Part shown: positions 52,434 to 62,131 of the stretch, piece after piece
How the letters are laid out: every line of letters starts with the position of its first letter
How positions within the stretch are numbered: the first letter of the stretch is position 1
Assembly (NCBI GenBank): GCA_963791815.1
Contig: CAWBTT010000004.1
Span: 130,215-194,214, forward strand
Length of the DNA stretch: 64,000 nucleotides
DNA from: an uncultured Candidatus Micrarchaeota archaeon
GTDB lineage: Archaea; Micrarchaeota; Micrarchaeia; Anstonellales; Bilamarchaeaceae
Direction of reading: 5' to 3'
The notes under the pieces: model-generated
Database searches by the model: none
Seen by the model: the letters and a program-made list of their open reading frames with translations, nothing else
Told to the model about the DNA's origin: nothing
Translations under genes and position numbers: made by a program

Positions 52434-52475
52434 AATAGAAGGAAAGAAACACAGCAGAGCCGTGATAAGGTAATT
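52434..52475 (+). repeat. relic copy of the pyrH 3' terminus (direct repeat of 51413..51454)
   Basis: 34 of 42 nt identical, 23 of the first 25. Same register: IEGKKHSRAVIR* against the genuine IEGKKHSGTVVK*. Confidence 0.65.
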
Positions 52476-52585
52476 ACCCAAAATGATTTGTTTTTATATA
52501 TAAAAAAACGTTAAATAGCTAAAAATAGGCCAAAAATAGGCTAAATGACATATATTTATATATGGTTAATGCGTACTTATAGGAC

Positions 52586-53920
52586 ATGAAAAAATATTAT
52601 ATACTTAAATTGATATTCGAAAGTCCCAGAGGGATTAGTCCTAGGGAGTTATCGGTAAAGGCCAAAACATCAATTACTAACATATATGTTTACCTGAAGG
52701 AGCTTGTTAAAGAAGAGCTACTGAGGAAAGATGATGGAGGCAAATATTTAGTTAATAAAACAAATGAAAATCTAGGACAGGTACTGGACCTACAAGCGAT
52801 GGCGCCAAATAAATTCCATTTACTCATTGCCCCACAATACAAAGACATCCTGTCAAAATTATGTGAGAGAACAATCTGCAATGGGATGTCATTTTCTAAG
52901 TCCGAAATTAGTAAAATCGAGAGGATACTGATACCTCTAAGAATTGTCCTGAAGACATCAAAAAAACCATCCAGGTATTGTCTGAAGATAAATGAAAATC
53001 TCACTACTTCATTACTAGAGTACCATGACCTAAATCCAAATTTCAGTTTAATCGACTTTGATGGAGCCATCGATAGAATTGAAATTAGAGAAACTGAAGG
53101 GAAAACCAAGAATGCAATTAGTGAGAAGGAAGTCGAAGAAATGTGCAACAGTGCTTATCGGGCAGAAGAGGATACCACAATACTTAAAAATTGTGAAAAA
53201 TTCGAATTAGACTCTAGATTAGCGGATTTACTACGGATTGCAGATCAGATTAACAAGGAGTACAGGTTGTTTCTGAATGGATTAGACGAGAAATTGAAAA
53301 GAGAATTGGTGGGGCAGTGGGAGAAAAAGTACATATACAACACAAACAGTATAGAAGGAAATACAATGAGTGAAAAAGAAGTCAGTGAATTCCTAAAAAA
53401 GAGGATAGAACCAAAAGGAGCATCAAAAAGAGAATTGCATGAAACCACAAACATGAGACATGCCCTGAATTTTCTCAAATTGGCCCAAAATCAGGACATT
53501 GATGGTGGAGTTGTAAGGAACCTGCATTTCCTGGTCCAAAAAGATATTGGATGGGATGCTGGACAATATAAGAAGTTTTACAATTACGTCAAGCCAAACA
53601 GTCCGACAACACCCCCGCAGCACGTCAAAGAAAGAATGAGAATGTTAGTTGAATGGCATGAGAAAAATGCCGAGCGTATGCATCCGTTTGTTCTGGCTTC
53701 AATCTTCCATATGCAATTTGAACTGATTCACCCATTTGGTGACGGTAATGGAAGAGTAGGAAGACTTTTGATGAACATGATACTGCAGCAGAACCATTTT
53801 ATGCCAGTGACTATTTTGGAAAAAACCAAACAGAATTACTATCGTGCATTGGAGAATAGGAGCATACACCAATTTCTCCTATATACTTTGACAGCATTTA
53901 TAGAGGAATACAGGAGATAA
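52586..53920 (+). CDS. Fic-domain protein with N-terminal winged helix
   Basis: Fic motif HPFGDGNGRVGR. Upstream TNSIEGN fits [ST]xxxE[GN]. N-terminus has a MarR-like wHTH (ISPRELSVKAKTSITNIYVYLKELVKEELL). AT-rich. Confidence 0.8.
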   Translation: MKKYYILKLIFESPRGISPRELSVKAKTSITNIYVYLKELVKEELLRKDDGGKYLVNKTNENLGQVLDLQAMAPNKFHLLIAPQYKDILSKLCERTICNGMSFSKSEISKIERILIPLRIVLKTSKKPSRYCLKINENLTTSLLEYHDLNPNFSLIDFDGAIDRIEIRETEGKTKNAISEKEVEEMCNSAYRAEEDTTILKNCEKFELDSRLADLLRIADQINKEYRLFLNGLDEKLKRELVGQWEKKYIYNTNSIEGNTMSEKEVSEFLKKRIEPKGASKRELHETTNMRHALNFLKLAQNQDIDGGVVRNLHFLVQKDIGWDAGQYKKFYNYVKPNSPTTPPQHVKERMRMLVEWHEKNAERMHPFVLASIFHMQFELIHPFGDGNGRVGRLLMNMILQQNHFMPVTILEKTKQNYYRALENRSIHQFLLYTLTAFIEEYRR

Positions 53921-53944
53921 ATAAAGAGTTAGAAGAATATAGCA

Positions 53945-54655
53945 TTATTTCAGGAACTTGGCAACTTCCTTGTCTGGAAGTGTCACGCACTTCTTTGTCC
54001 TTGTTGTGACATAGGAGATTTCCATATTCTCAGCAATGAGCTTCTCTTCCTGAGTCACTCTTAATGCGTCGACTGCCACCCTTACTGCTTCATCAACAGT
54101 GAGTTTCTCATCGTATTTTTTCTCAAGAATCTCATCGACTTCTTTCTTGTGGATGCCGATTGAGTCTGCCTTGTACGCAGTCATCGCGCCGCTTGGCTCT
54201 GCTTCGTAGAGCTTTGGCCCCTGGCTGTCAACTCCTGCAATAAGAAGAGAAACACCGAATGGCCTGATTCCGCCATACTGTGTGTAAACCTGCATAAGGT
54301 CGCAGACACTTCTTGCGATTGTGTCAACGCTCGGTTCCTCATTGTATGTGATTCTGTGCTTCTGCGCATCTACCCTGGCAATGTCAACCAACCGCCGGGC
54401 ATCGGCGATAAGTCCGCTTGCTGTTACGCAGATATGGTCATCAACTTCGAATATCTTTCGCAGTGAGTCTGTTATCACCAGGTTTGAGTGGATTGATTTG
54501 AATGCAACAAGCGCGACGCCGTCTTTGGCTGTGATGCCAATTGCTGTTGCGCCCCTTTTCACCGCCTCCTTGGCGTACTCTACCTGGAAAAGCCTTCCAT
54601 CCGGACTGAATACAGTAATAGCTCGGTCATATGCTTGGGGAGATACTCCGTACAT
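53945..54655 (-). CDS. psmA: proteasome alpha subunit
   Basis: YDRAITVFSPDGRLFQVEYA N-terminal signature. 236 aa. Confidence 0.9.
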   Translation of the reverse strand: MYGVSPQAYDRAITVFSPDGRLFQVEYAKEAVKRGATAIGITAKDGVALVAFKSIHSNLVITDSLRKIFEVDDHICVTASGLIADARRLVDIARVDAQKHRITYNEEPSVDTIARSVCDLMQVYTQYGGIRPFGVSLLIAGVDSQGPKLYEAEPSGAMTAYKADSIGIHKKEVDEILEKKYDEKLTVDEAVRVAVDALRVTQEEKLIAENMEISYVTTRTKKCVTLPDKEVAKFLK

Positions 54656-54762
54656 AATTTTACACCTCTGAGAAGAATCATAGAAATAAGCGGGAGTGTA
54701 TTTATATTGCTTGCCATCCTTCTGCGGACAGACATAAAAATATCCAATGGTTTAACCCATGC

Positions 54763-56043
54763 ATGCCAGAACACGTCAAGGAACTGCTCAAGAAGCTGGA
54801 GAGTAATGATAGAAAGAAATGGCTAGATGCCATAAATGGCCTGGGAAGCGCTGCCCAGAAGGGGGAGGACATCTCTGCTGGAGCAGGTGCTTTGGAAAAG
54901 GCATTGTCAAGTGAGGATAGCATCGTCAGAGTAAGGGCTGGCTGGGCATTGGCGATGCATAGGCTGCAGAAAGGCGAGATGACGAAGCTTGCGGAATTGT
55001 ATACCGAAGGAGGGGCAGAAGTTCGCAACGGCGTTGCGCAGGCCCTAAGCTTTTGGGTCCGGAGAGGCGCAGACATCTCTCTTTTGGTCCCTGCTCTGGA
55101 AAAAGACCTTGATAACCCGGAACTCGGAAGCAGGGTGGTATCCGGACTTTCGGATTTCTATATCCTGAAAGGGATGGACAAAGAATACTCTGAACTCCTG
55201 AACAAGGATGAATCCGTAAGATTCGGCGCAGTGGCCGTATGCAGAAGCGCAGCATCGGATGGAAAGGATATTTCGAAATTCGTGCCCGCGCTCAAGAAGG
55301 CGCTTGGGGATTCTGATGCTTCTGTAAGCAAGGCAGCTGCAGGTGCGCTTGTCACTTATTATGCTAAGAGGAGGAGGTGGGAGGAGATTAATCCGCTCCT
55401 GGTTCACAAGAAAGGGATAGTAAGATACGCTGCAGTGGATTCATTGTACAGCTTCGCAGGATTAATCGATATTCCGCAGGATTTGCCGAACCTGCTAAAG
55501 ACCCTTCAGGATGGGGATTTGGAAGTCGGGAAATGCGCGATGGGAATCATCCGGAGTGCTGCAGAAAAGGGGAGGGACATCTCTTATGCCGTGCCGATTC
55601 TGAAGGCTAGTTCTTTGAAAGAAGAGGCAGGCCTTGCCCTGAAGACTTATGAACTCATGAAGGATGCGGGCGGGCGCTGCGCCAAATGCCTGGGCTGTGA
55701 GCTGGGCAGGAAACCTGGAGATGAATCAGGAAGCATCGAGGACCTCTCAAGCATAGTCAAGGAGATACCATGCTGCGCAGGGATAGTTACGCACAGCATA
55801 TTCAGATGCAAAGAATGCGGAAAATACTTCTCATCCTCCTATTACGACCATACAGGATTCGAGTCAGAGCAGTACAGCATCCAGGAGATAAGCAAAGAGG
55901 AGGCCGAGAGCGCTACTCTTGAGATAAAAAAATGCAAGAATCCGGAGGATAAAAAATGCAGCTGCATTGTACATAAGGAGTTCCTGAAGAATGATGCGCT
56001 TCCAATAAAGGGAGTTCTGAAGTTCTCCGAGACAATTGATTGA
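54763..56043 (+). CDS. HEAT-repeat protein with C-terminal Cys-cluster (zinc-ribbon-like) region
   Basis: Repeated D.SVR..AA.AL-type HEAT units. C-terminus has CAKCLGC ... CKECGKY ... CSC. Confidence 0.55.
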   Translation: MPEHVKELLKKLESNDRKKWLDAINGLGSAAQKGEDISAGAGALEKALSSEDSIVRVRAGWALAMHRLQKGEMTKLAELYTEGGAEVRNGVAQALSFWVRRGADISLLVPALEKDLDNPELGSRVVSGLSDFYILKGMDKEYSELLNKDESVRFGAVAVCRSAASDGKDISKFVPALKKALGDSDASVSKAAAGALVTYYAKRRRWEEINPLLVHKKGIVRYAAVDSLYSFAGLIDIPQDLPNLLKTLQDGDLEVGKCAMGIIRSAAEKGRDISYAVPILKASSLKEEAGLALKTYELMKDAGGRCAKCLGCELGRKPGDESGSIEDLSSIVKEIPCCAGIVTHSIFRCKECGKYFSSSYYDHTGFESEQYSIQEISKEEAESATLEIKKCKNPEDKKCSCIVHKEFLKNDALPIKGVLKFSETID

Positions 56044-56044
56044 A

Positions 56045-56929
56045 TTACATCGCTTTCAGTTTTTTGATTCGTTCATCTATCGGCGGGTGTGTCGAGCCCA
56101 GGAAACCAATCTTATGGGGGAACGGATTTGAGAAGAATAGTGATGCTGTAGTGTCGTTTGCCGCGTTTGTGGGGATGTTGGCTGTTTTTATTTTCTCTAA
56201 TGCGCTTGCCAAGCCTGGGGCATATCTTGTGATTTTGGCAGCGCTCGCATCAGCCAGGTATTCCCTCTGCCGGGAGATTGCCAGCCTGACAATCTGGGCA
56301 AATATAGGTGAGAGGACTACAAATACCAAAGCGATAACGATAAGGATTCCGCCTCCGCCGTCCCTCCTTCTGCCTCCTCCGCCATAGAACATCATCCTCC
56401 AGGCAAAGTCGCCGAGAAGGGCGATTGCTCCGACAAAGACTACTGCAATCATGGAGAAGCGGATGTCAAAGTTTGCTATGTGAGAAATCTCATGGGCAAC
56501 AACCCCTTCCAATTCCTCTTTTTTCATCATCTCAAGAAGGCCGCTTGTAACTGCAATTGACGCATGCTTCGGGTCTCTTCCAGTTGCAAAGGCGTTCGGG
56601 CTTGGGTCGTTGATGATATAGACCTTGGGCATTGGAATCCCGGAAGCTATTGAAAGCCCCTCAACAACATTGTAAAGGAATTTGTACTCTTTGGCCTTGG
56701 CTTCCTTTGCCCCTGCAAGTGCGAGAATCACCTTGTCTCCTGAGTAGAATACTGCTACTGTGTAAACTAGCAAGGCAAAAAATCCTAGGACTGGGCCGCA
56801 TATTCCAACATCGAAAATGTAGGATATGGACCAGATTGCGCCCAGGAAAATAAGAAACATCACCCCCATCAGGATGAGGGTGTTCCTCTTGTTCGCCTCA
56901 ATGGCGTCGAAGAAGCTTATTTTTTCCAT
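56045..56929 (-). CDS. htpX: zinc metalloprotease HtpX (M48)
   Basis: HEISHIANFD motif, four TM segments and C-terminal THPPIDERI. Confidence 0.85.
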   Translation of the reverse strand: MEKISFFDAIEANKRNTLILMGVMFLIFLGAIWSISYIFDVGICGPVLGFFALLVYTVAVFYSGDKVILALAGAKEAKAKEYKFLYNVVEGLSIASGIPMPKVYIINDPSPNAFATGRDPKHASIAVTSGLLEMMKKEELEGVVAHEISHIANFDIRFSMIAVVFVGAIALLGDFAWRMMFYGGGGRRRDGGGGILIVIALVFVVLSPIFAQIVRLAISRQREYLADASAAKITRYAPGLASALEKIKTANIPTNAANDTTASLFFSNPFPHKIGFLGSTHPPIDERIKKLKAM

Positions 56930-57492
56930 CAGAACTTCACTTTGACAGCTTCTTTCTCTGCATCAGGGGCCTCGAAATAAGCTCTTGGCTTGAATCCGAA
57001 GATGCCGGCGATTAAGTTGCTCGGGAACATCTCAAGAGCATTGTCATAGGAAAGCACAGAGTCGTTGTAGGCTGTCCTGATGTATGAAATCTTGTTCTCT
57101 GTCCCTGCAAGCTCTTCCTGCAGCTGCTGGAAGTTCTCAGTTGCCCTGAGTTTTGGATAGTTCTCGGCAACTGCGAAAAGTGATTTCAGAGTATCAGTGA
57201 GCATGTTGTTCGCTTTTGCACGGTCCTCAACAGAGCCGGTCATGATAGCGGACCTGTATTTGGTTATGTTCTCAAGCGTCCCTTTCTCGTGCTTCATGTA
57301 GCCTTTGACAGCTTCCACAAGATTAGGGATAAGGTCATACCTCCTCTTCAGTTGGACATCAATCTGAGCCCATGCATTTTCCACCCTGTTCCTCAATGTT
57401 ACAAGGCGGTTGTAAGTCATTACCACGTAAGCCAGCAGGCCGAGTCCGGCCAAACCAACACAAACAAGTACGATAAGTTCTTCTCCTGCCAT
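56929..57492 (-). CDS. lemA: LemA-family membrane protein
   Basis: YNRLVTLRNRVENAWAQIDVQLKRRYDLIPNLVE is the LemA signature. Has an N-terminal TM segment. Confidence 0.8.
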   Translation of the reverse strand: MAGEELIVLVCVGLAGLGLLAYVVMTYNRLVTLRNRVENAWAQIDVQLKRRYDLIPNLVEAVKGYMKHEKGTLENITKYRSAIMTGSVEDRAKANNMLTDTLKSLFAVAENYPKLRATENFQQLQEELAGTENKISYIRTAYNDSVLSYDNALEMFPSNLIAGIFGFKPRAYFEAPDAEKEAVKVKF

Positions 57493-57525
57493 TGGAATAC
57501 ACCACTGGAAATAGTACAATCTGGA

Positions 57526-57774
57526 TTATTTAATACTTAGCAAAAAGGAATCCCAGGCACTCTGGGAGATATCCAGCTCCAAAACCTTGCGCCTTGACTT
57601 CTGACCGGAAACAATAGTTACCTGGCACCCCAGGAGTTTTGATAGCTCTTTGGCAAGTTCAAGATTGGCCTTGTTCTTCTCAGGCGGGCTTTTCAGATAG
57701 GCTTTCAGTTTTCCTTCTTTCAAGGATAATTCGAACCTGCCGGATTTTGGAACGACGGAAACCTCAACAATCAT
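57526..57774 (-). CDS. DUF167 (YggU-like) protein
   Basis: 82 aa. V.PKSGR...LK.....P.KNKAN.EL...L...L pattern. Confidence 0.55.
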   Translation of the reverse strand: MIVEVSVVPKSGRFELSLKEGKLKAYLKSPPEKNKANLELAKELSKLLGCQVTIVSGQKSRRKVLELDISQSAWDSFLLSIK

Positions 57775-58418
57775 TCAATCAGCTGCCTGATTTGCGATGA
57801 TGTCTTGTAGCCTGAATAGGTTTTGCCGTCAATCACGATTGATGGGTATGATGAGATATTGTACTGCCTCGCGAACGCGTCGGCGACAGGGCTTCCGAGT
57901 TCCCCGTCGAATGAGTAGAGCTTGAGCTTTATTTTTCCTGATAATTCATCCCTTGCCTTGAGGATTTCGTTGCCCTGCTCCCTGCAGTTATCGCAGTTCT
58001 TGTTGGAATAGAAGTGTATCAGAAGGATGTTCTCATCATCGCAGATTTGCCTGACCTTTTGGGATAACAGGTAGGATTCTGCCTGGAGAACGAAATACTG
58101 TTTCTTCAATTCCGGGTCGAACATCTGCCGGTCTTCCTCAAGATAGGTGAGCTTGTATCCCACGCGCTCAACCTCATCATCAATTGAATCCAGCTCTGAT
58201 GAATATACCGGGCAGAAGGCTGATGAGTTGGCTTCCATAAGAAGCAATAATTGCACTGATGCGACTTTCTGCGAGACATCCTGAACATCTGAGGAAAGGG
58301 TTCTCATGCTGGATTCGTCCATCAGCTGGCCCACATAGATTCCGCTAAGGAATATGATTAGGGAGAGCAGGAACGCGCCGGCATACAATCCAATTGAGAT
58401 TTTCCTCATAGTCACCAC
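57771..58418 (-). CDS. membrane-anchored thioredoxin-fold protein
   Basis: N-terminal TM segment. CDNC (CxxC) and a later YPSIVIDGK cis-Pro-like loop. Confidence 0.45.
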   Translation of the reverse strand: MVTMRKISIGLYAGAFLLSLIIFLSGIYVGQLMDESSMRTLSSDVQDVSQKVASVQLLLLMEANSSAFCPVYSSELDSIDDEVERVGYKLTYLEEDRQMFDPELKKQYFVLQAESYLLSQKVRQICDDENILLIHFYSNKNCDNCREQGNEILKARDELSGKIKLKLYSFDGELGSPVADAFARQYNISSYPSIVIDGKTYSGYKTSSQIRQLIE

Positions 58419-59596
58419 GAGTATGAGTCCCTTTTGAGTTCCTTGAAGAGGAACAGGACATTATAGCTAATCATGAGATACCAGTAAAAGATTATGAACA
58501 TAAGCATGTAGTGGATTCCGACCCTTTCGCTCTTGAAGCTTTTCACTGAGAGGAAAGTGAATATTATGCTTGAAAGGATTACGAATGCGCCGACGAAAGT
58601 GTAAAGGCCGATGCTCATGCCAAAGATTTCAGTCCAGACATACTGGTAGTAATAGGGGGTTGTGAATATTGAATGAACCATGAGGCCCAAGAGAACGAAC
58701 AATGCTGTCAGTCCGGCAAAGTTCAATGGAACGAAATACATGCCGAAATCCCCGTATTTCGGGTTTATCATGAAGCGGTATTTCCAGAAGTTCCTTATTC
58801 CTCCCCTCTGCCATCTTACACGCTGCTTGAGGAGGTCTGGAATGTTGTCAGGGGGCTCTGTGTAGACATCAGCGGTCATTGAGCTTCTGATTTTGTAATT
58901 GTGGGATTGGATTCTGAGTGCGATTTCCTGATCTTCGACCAGGTTGTGCTCATCGAATAAGCCAACTTCATCAAACACTTTGGCCCTGAAGATGCTGAAA
59001 GGGCCTGGCGTGACAGGAACGCTGTCAATCAGGCTCAAAAGTTTCCTTGAGAAGAGAATCATCAGGTATTCCACTCTCTGGAGCTCTTTGAGTGGTGAGC
59101 CGTCTGATTTGATTTTGACTGCTGGAGTGACTGCCATCACTTTGTCTTCATTGAAGAATGGAAGGAGTTCGTAGATGGTATTCTTTGTGAGGTAGGAATC
59201 AGCGTCCATGGTCGCTATGATTTCGCCCTTGGCCTGTTTTATGCCGTGGTTGAGGGCGCTCCCCTTTCCGCCGTTTTTCTTTGTCAGGACCTTGACCAAG
59301 TCACTTTCGAATTCCTTGGCGAGTGTGTATGTGTCATCTGTCGAGCCATCATCAACTACTATTATTTCCAGTTTTTCCTTAGGGTAATCCACTTTGAGGA
59401 TTGTCTCCAGAGATTTCTTGATGTATTCCCCTTCATTGTATGCAGGGAGAATGATGGACACTGTAGGCTCCCAGTCTGTTTTTGGGGGGGTTTTCAGGTA
59501 GTTGTCCCTGTGCTTGAGATATAGGAGAATGAAGACATTGGCTACGAAGAGTGAGAAGAACGCTATAACGTAATTCGTAAGAGTAACCAAATCCAT
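58412..59596 (-). CDS. family-2 processive glycosyltransferase (membrane-embedded)
   Basis: ILPAYNE, VVDDGSTDDT, DAD and QRVRWQRG motifs plus C-terminal TM helices. Confidence 0.8.
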   Translation of the reverse strand: MDLVTLTNYVIAFFSLFVANVFILLYLKHRDNYLKTPPKTDWEPTVSIILPAYNEGEYIKKSLETILKVDYPKEKLEIIVVDDGSTDDTYTLAKEFESDLVKVLTKKNGGKGSALNHGIKQAKGEIIATMDADSYLTKNTIYELLPFFNEDKVMAVTPAVKIKSDGSPLKELQRVEYLMILFSRKLLSLIDSVPVTPGPFSIFRAKVFDEVGLFDEHNLVEDQEIALRIQSHNYKIRSSMTADVYTEPPDNIPDLLKQRVRWQRGGIRNFWKYRFMINPKYGDFGMYFVPLNFAGLTALFVLLGLMVHSIFTTPYYYQYVWTEIFGMSIGLYTFVGAFVILSSIIFTFLSVKSFKSERVGIHYMLMFIIFYWYLMISYNVLFLFKELKRDSYSW

Positions 59597-59622
59597 AGGA
59601 ATGCACTTGAAAAAGAAAATTA

Positions 59623-60470
59623 TTAAAGAAGGAGGAGGCTTGAGCCGAAAAGAAGTCCGAGCACCATGCCTATCAGCAGGAATGGAAGGAACGGCGGAAG
59701 CTTTGTGTATACTGACACTTCCTCAATCTTTGTCTTCTTCAGCCTTTCTATCTCTTTCTTTGTTAAGAGCCTTTGGAGCTTGTAGCGCTCAACCAGGTCC
59801 TTGTTCATGACATCCAAAGCAAGGACATCTTCTTCTTCAAGCTGTGAGACCGGGAGAGTTTCTGACAAAACTCCCATCAAGGGCTTCTTGAACATCAGGA
59901 AGAATATGCTGGCGAACAGCAGTATCGTGATGAACGCGAAGTAAACCGGCGAGAAGAGGAATGAGTTGATGTATACCCATGCGAAAAGGAAGTATGGTAT
60001 GAACATCAGGAGGTAGAGCCAGTTTGGCTTTGCCTCGACTTTGTATAGCTTGTAGCCAAAGTATATCATGACGTACAGGGCAAATAATACTCCTGAGAAG
60101 ACTATCACCGAGAATATGAACGGCAGGTTGAATGCCATTCCCACAAATGATGGGTGAATCGGAAGGAGCAGGATTATTGAGGCGAGGACGAAAACGTCGG
60201 CTCCGCCAAGCTGCCCACTCTGTAGAAGATGTATCCTATTGCAGAGAAGAACAAAGCCACTGCTATGGAGAACCAGAACAAATCTTCCTGGAAAAGGACT
60301 AAGTTCACAATGAACGCGATTGCAAGGAAACCGTAGAGAACATTGTTCGGAACGTTCTTCTTGTTGTAAAGGTCATAGTACGAAGCTACGGCTGTTCCGA
60401 TGAACGCGATTAAAACTCGGATAATCTCTCCGGGCATAGTTATCTGCCCGAAAATGACATCTTCTAACAT
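59623..60470 (-). pseudogene. A24-family prepilin/preflagellin peptidase with a 1-nt frame change at about 60203-60218
   Basis: ORF 60174..60470 carries the first Asp context (ASYYDLYNKKNVPN). The second Asp motif, LGGADVFVLAS, is readable only in the -1 frame, which runs into ORF 59623..60144. Confidence 0.6.
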
Positions 60471-60514
60471 ATCAATACCTCAAGTGAAACAATGTTGGAA
60501 AGCGTTTATAAAGA

Positions 60515-62131
60515 CTATTTATCGGCTATGCCGAAGGAAATGAGCTTGGTTGCCATGGAAGGAACCGGCTCAGGGACTTTGAATTTCCGGAAAAGCGACT
60601 GGAGAAGGGCGCGGTCTTCCCCTTTGAAGCATTTGAGCAGGATTGCGAATACGAGGAAAATGGCTGCTGAGAGTGAGGTCATGACTCCGAGGAAGGCAAG
60701 GAAAAGGACCTGGCCTTTGAAATCTTCGGTGAATGTTAATCCAGTAAGCTGTGTGCTTATCAGAAGAAGGACCAGGAAGGAGAATGCACCTGCGAAGAGG
60801 AGAAGGTAGGCCTGGCCAGGGAAAGTGAATGAGAAGAGTTTTTTCGCATAGTGACGAAGGAGGAAGAAATGGAAGATGAAACTGAGGAGCGAAGCGAATG
60901 CCGCTCCCTCCATGCCCGCAATTGGGATGAACAGGATCGTTAGAATCACATTCATGGTTGCAGTTGATGCGGCCATTATAAGCTCTGCTTTGATTTTGCG
61001 CATCGCTGCAATGACGAATGTGACGATATAGGTAAACGCACGGACAGCCACCCCAAGAACGAAGATTGACATTGCAAGGCCGCCTGCCCCATAGACACTG
61101 CCATAGATTACGCTGAGTATGTCAGATGAGAATACTATGAGAACTGATGCGACTGGGAGGGTAACAATCAGGGACCAGCGGAGTGAAGATGCGGTTGTCT
61201 CCCGTATCTGCCCGATATCGTTTTTTCCAACGAGCCTTGAGATGATTGGCATAAATATCTGGCCTAGTGACATGGGAAAGATTGTTAGCATCAGTGCAAA
61301 GGTTGTTGCGACTGAGTAGATACCAACTATGTCCAAAGAGTTTGGAATCAGATATCCAAGAAGGATTTTGTCACTGGATGAGAGCAGGATGGAAATTGAA
61401 GACACAGCGCTGATTGTCAGTCCAAGCGGGATTATGTCATTGATAATTTCTTTTCTTGATATGAAATCATCAGAGACAGGAAGCTCCCTCGTTTTTTTCC
61501 ACAGCAAGTACAGTGAGACCAATGAGGATAGGAAAAGCGCGCCAAGAAGGCCCATTATCATGCTTATTGCCGTTGGGCCGATGAAATAGAAGAATGCCAG
61601 TGTAAGAGCAAGCTTCAGCATGTTAAGGAGGTTGTTGACAAACTGCATGGACTTCATGTCCGCCCTGCCCTGGAGATAGTATGTCTGGAGCTGGGATACG
61701 CCGAATAAGAGGACATAAACTGAGAAATATTTCAAAGCCTCAGAAAGAGGAGGGCTCTCATACAATGACGCTATGAAATCCGCACTGAACCAGAAGAGCA
61801 GGAAGAATATGATTGCGGAGATGAAAATGACAGCGTAGCTGAATTTGAGCATGTGGCGGATTTTCCCGAACTCCTTCCTGGACTCGTAGAATGGGATGAA
61901 CCTCTGCAGTGATGATGGGATGCCAAGGTGGGCTACGATCCCAACGCCCTGCATTATGGCAAGAGAGAGGTAGAAGAGTCCGACTTCGGACTCGCTTGCC
62001 ATCCTGGCAATCAGGATGACATAGAGGAATGAGATGATTTTGTAGAAGGCGTTGCCGCCCAAAGTCCAGAAACTGCCCTTTGCTATTTCTTTTGAGGATT
62101 GTGAAACTGTTTCATCTGCTATTGGTAGCAC
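60515..62131 (-). CDS. polysaccharide/oligosaccharide flippase (Wzx/MOP superfamily)
   Basis: 538 aa with about 14 hydrophobic helices, located inside a glycan-biosynthesis cluster. Confidence 0.7.
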   Translation of the reverse strand: MLPIADETVSQSSKEIAKGSFWTLGGNAFYKIISFLYVILIARMASESEVGLFYLSLAIMQGVGIVAHLGIPSSLQRFIPFYESRKEFGKIRHMLKFSYAVIFISAIIFFLLFWFSADFIASLYESPPLSEALKYFSVYVLLFGVSQLQTYYLQGRADMKSMQFVNNLLNMLKLALTLAFFYFIGPTAISMIMGLLGALFLSSLVSLYLLWKKTRELPVSDDFISRKEIINDIIPLGLTISAVSSISILLSSSDKILLGYLIPNSLDIVGIYSVATTFALMLTIFPMSLGQIFMPIISRLVGKNDIGQIRETTASSLRWSLIVTLPVASVLIVFSSDILSVIYGSVYGAGGLAMSIFVLGVAVRAFTYIVTFVIAAMRKIKAELIMAASTATMNVILTILFIPIAGMEGAAFASLLSFIFHFFLLRHYAKKLFSFTFPGQAYLLLFAGAFSFLVLLLISTQLTGLTFTEDFKGQVLFLAFLGVMTSLSAAIFLVFAILLKCFKGEDRALLQSLFRKFKVPEPVPSMATKLISFGIADK

